NCBI GenBank assembly: GCA_046075565.1
Contig: JBJTQJ010000108.1
Span: forward strand, 32,001-96,000
Direction of reading: 5' to 3'
DNA: 64,000 nt
Source: Verrucomicrobiales bacterium
GTDB taxonomy: Bacteria; Verrucomicrobiota; Verrucomicrobiia; Verrucomicrobiales; SLCJ01
Shown here: positions 61,558-64,000 of the stretch, one piece after another
How the letters are laid out: each line of letters opens with the position of its first letter
How positions within the stretch are numbered: position 1 is the first letter of the stretch
The notes under the pieces: generated by a model
Seen by the model: the letters and a program-made list of their open reading frames with translations, nothing else
Told to the model about the DNA's origin: nothing
Database searches by the model: none
Program-made: the position numbers and the translations under genes

Positions 61558-62175
61558 TTACTCGCCTCCGAGGATTCCCGTCCAGTTCGCCTTGTGGCCA
61601 TCAAGTTTGAAAGTTTCGAAGGCGTAGATGGCATCGTCGTTGGTGGGATCGAGAGCCACGGCGAGGTCCAGGAAACACCCGGCAAGGCGCAAGTTGTCGG
61701 CACCTCCGGGCTTGCGGAGTTCCTCCGCGCGACCAACGAGAAGGGACGAGAACGAACCAGCGGCCATCGATGGATCGGCGGATTTTTTCGGCACCACTCC
61801 GGTCTTCAAGCGACCATTGGCAATGACCGCAGGGCGGGATCTCGGATCGAGGTGCAGCGCGAGACCCACCAATTTGCGCGCGAGATCATATTTTTCCTGG
61901 GGCACACCTGTCAGCTTGCCCTCTTCGTCCGCATATTTTTCCGCGACGGCCAGTAGGGCAAAGGCCGCCAGATTCTCTGCATATTGGCGGCGCTCGATCT
62001 CGGCCATGCCAAGGTCATCAAACTTGAAAACAGCCGGCTCGATGATTGGCTCGGCGTAGCGGACATTCGCCTCCCCGGGAGTCAAGACCTGCCCTGATGA
62101 CGGGGAAACGAGCGCCCCGCCGCAAATCGCGGCGACGAGGGTTATCCAGAAAACGTGGGACAGGCGTTGGCTCAT
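61558..62175 (-). CDS. Exported hypothetical protein
   Basis: Signal peptide, helical 205 aa; stop 2 bp before the MscS ORF start. Confidence 0.65.
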   Translation of the reverse strand: MSQRLSHVFWITLVAAICGGALVSPSSGQVLTPGEANVRYAEPIIEPAVFKFDDLGMAEIERRQYAENLAAFALLAVAEKYADEEGKLTGVPQEKYDLARKLVGLALHLDPRSRPAVIANGRLKTGVVPKKSADPSMAAGSFSSLLVGRAEELRKPGGADNLRLAGCFLDLAVALDPTNDDAIYAFETFKLDGHKANWTGILGGE

Positions 62176-62223
62176 GGTGGATCAAGCTAGCATTTCTTCG
62201 CCATCTGGCCAATGGTGATTGGC

Positions 62224-62808
62224 ATGGATGCCCAATTCCCACTGGACAAACCCGCGTGGCGTCGCGAAATGAAGCGTCGCTGGAGGGAATCCTGTGTCGA
62301 GGATCGCACGGCCTCCACCGCCGCACTGGCGGAAGCCCTCCGCCTCTGGCTCGACCACCGCCCCGGCGGGGTGCTCTGGTTTTCCCCTCTACCCGACGAA
62401 CCGGATCTGCGCCCTCTGGCCCGGGAGCTTGTCGAAGCAGGCCGCCGCCTCGCCCTGCCCCGGGTGACCGGGGAGGGACTCGCCATCCACGAATGGAATG
62501 GCCAAAACGCCTCGCTGGCCGCCGGAGCCATGGGAATCCTCGAGCCTGATCCAGAAAAATGCCCGGAGATCGAGCCATCGTTTTTGGCCGTGGCCGTCAT
62601 TCCCGGATTCGCTTTTGATCCTCAAACGGGCATCCGGCTCGGACGAGGCGCCGGTTACTATGATCGATGGTTCGCCAGGTCAGGATTTCAAGGCGAATCC
62701 GTGGGTCTGGCTTTGCCCTGGCAGTTGGCAGGTCCACTCCCCCGCGAGGAGCACGACCGACCCATGGGTTGGTTGGCCACGAGCCAAGGAATGGTCCGGC
62801 CGGGATAG
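62224..62808 (+). CDS. ygfA: 5-formyltetrahydrofolate cyclo-ligase
   Basis: K...R, EPDL, GILEP and PG.AFD...G.RLGRGAGYYDR motifs. Confidence 0.9.
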   Translation: MDAQFPLDKPAWRREMKRRWRESCVEDRTASTAALAEALRLWLDHRPGGVLWFSPLPDEPDLRPLARELVEAGRRLALPRVTGEGLAIHEWNGQNASLAAGAMGILEPDPEKCPEIEPSFLAVAVIPGFAFDPQTGIRLGRGAGYYDRWFARSGFQGESVGLALPWQLAGPLPREEHDRPMGWLATSQGMVRPG

Positions 62809-62850
62809 TTTTGCCAATAGCCTGAATTCGTGGCATGTTTCCTCTCCCCC

Positions 62851-63876
62851 ATGCTGCCCTGGTTCCAGTCCGGAAAATTTCCCCTTTACCTCGCCCCCAT
62901 GGCGGGAGTGACGGATTTTGTCTTCCGCGGGCTCTGCAAGGAACTCGGTGCCGATGTTCTGGTCACCGAATTCGTGAGCGCCGAGGGTATCGTGCGACGC
63001 GATGATCGCACGCGTCACTATACCGAATTCACCGACGAACAACGCCCGGTTGGTGTCCAACTCTTTGGAGGAAACCCCGACAGTCTCGCCGAAGCCGCCC
63101 GCAAGGTGGTCGATTGGAAACGACCCGACTTCATCGACATCAACTTCGGGTGTCCGGTCAATAAGGTGGTGGCGAAAAATGGCGGCAGCTCCTTGCTCAA
63201 GGACTGTCCACTGCTTGCCCGAGTCGCTTCGGCCATCGTGAAAGCCGTGCCCGTGCCGGTGACCGCGAAGATCCGCATCGGATGGGACCATCAGAACATC
63301 AATGCGCCCGAAGTCTGCCGTCTACTTGAGGACTGCGGCATCGCAACCATCGCCATACATGGCCGCACGCGTTCGCAAGGATACTCCGGCGAAGCGAACT
63401 GGGATATCATCGGCGAATGCGCGGAAACGATCTCGCTTCCGATCATCGGCAACGGCGACATTACAAGTGGCGCCGATGTCGCGCGCAGGAAAACTTCGAC
63501 CAAAGTTGCCGGGGTGATGATCGGACGTGCCGCCATGAGTTACCCTTGGGTTTTCCGCGAGGCACGCGAGTATTTGCAAACCGGCCAGCAGCCCGCGCCG
63601 GTAGCTCCGGTGGACCGTTGGAATTTGATCACCCGCCATGCCCGCCTCGCCATCGCCCGCGGCACCAAAGGCGGCGAATTACACACCATGATGAGCCTGC
63701 GCTCCCGTTTCATGGCCTACACCAAAGGCCTGCCCGGCGGCAAACATCTGCGCCAGCGCTTCAGTCATGTTTCCTCGCTCATGGAACTCGAGGACATCGC
63801 GGCCGCCCACCTCGAGGGTCGATTGTTTGAAACCGATGAGCACGCCCACGCCCTGTCCGCATCTGCCGCCGATTGA
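62851..63876 (+). CDS. dusB: tRNA-dihydrouridine synthase
   Basis: LAPMAGVTD, DINFGCP, TAKIRIGW, IHGRTR and GNGDI...MIGRAA motifs. Confidence 0.92.
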   Translation: MLPWFQSGKFPLYLAPMAGVTDFVFRGLCKELGADVLVTEFVSAEGIVRRDDRTRHYTEFTDEQRPVGVQLFGGNPDSLAEAARKVVDWKRPDFIDINFGCPVNKVVAKNGGSSLLKDCPLLARVASAIVKAVPVPVTAKIRIGWDHQNINAPEVCRLLEDCGIATIAIHGRTRSQGYSGEANWDIIGECAETISLPIIGNGDITSGADVARRKTSTKVAGVMIGRAAMSYPWVFREAREYLQTGQQPAPVAPVDRWNLITRHARLAIARGTKGGELHTMMSLRSRFMAYTKGLPGGKHLRQRFSHVSSLMELEDIAAAHLEGRLFETDEHAHALSASAAD

Positions 63877-64000
63877 TCGCGTGTGGCCCGCCGCCGAGTT
63901 GTCCGGCCTCGACCCACTCGGCAAAGAGGCCGGGGAGTTTTATCTCACGGCGTTGCGCTGTGCCCAATCGCGGTGGCTAGACGGACTTCCCGCCCAATCA
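63836..64000 (+). CDS. Partial hypothetical protein (runs off the window)
   Basis: ATG 63836 overlaps the dusB end; open frame MSTPTPCPHLPP...EFYLTALRCAQSRWLDGLPAQS to the window edge. Confidence 0.5.
   Translation, partial: MSTPTPCPHLPPIDRVWPAAELSGLDPLGKEAGEFYLTALRCAQSRWLDGLPAQS

Noticed and set aside
62176-62223. 6S RNA expected upstream of 5-formyl-THF cyclo-ligase
   Set aside because: Only ~48 bp separate the divergent genes, too short for ssrS.
1-64000. tRNA, rRNA, IS/transposase, integrase, prophage or anti-phage defence genes
   Set aside because: No cloverleaf/T-loop, rRNA, DDE/tyrosine-recombinase or phage-like motifs were recognised by eye; a tRNAscan/Rfam/DefenseFinder run would be needed to exclude them formally.

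Overview
A GC-rich (~60%) bacterial chromosome segment, most likely from Verrucomicrobiota (Luteolibacter/Haloferula-like). This is inferred from a Verru_Chthon/PilX-like gene, an H-X9-DG pilin, a PVC-type ECF sigma/FecR pair, a PVC-type CxxCH protein and several sulfatases. It holds about 50 CDS. Housekeeping genes include hprK, galM, opgG, prmA, polX, an mnmM-like gene, 5-formyl-THF cyclo-ligase, dusB and an MscS channel. Carbohydrate loci include a five-gene uncharacterised sugar operon (21054-26478) and a galactosidase/sulfatase island (46375-57511) with an XylR-family regulator. No rRNA, tRNA, CRISPR array or transposase was seen. Notable signals: (1) a 40-bp sequence duplicated upstream of both an H-X9-DG pilin/MFS unit and a secreted beta-repeat/GH110/sulfatase unit; (2) a glycogen-binding domain fused to a PAKK histone-like tail; (3) an FAD oxidoreductase coupled to an MnmM-like methyltransferase, resembling a split MnmC; (4) four broken genes (two 1-bp frameshifts and two apparent out-of-frame internal deletions); (5) two REP doublets and a heptamer-built inverted-repeat element. 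All calls come from motif recognition by eye; no database search was run.
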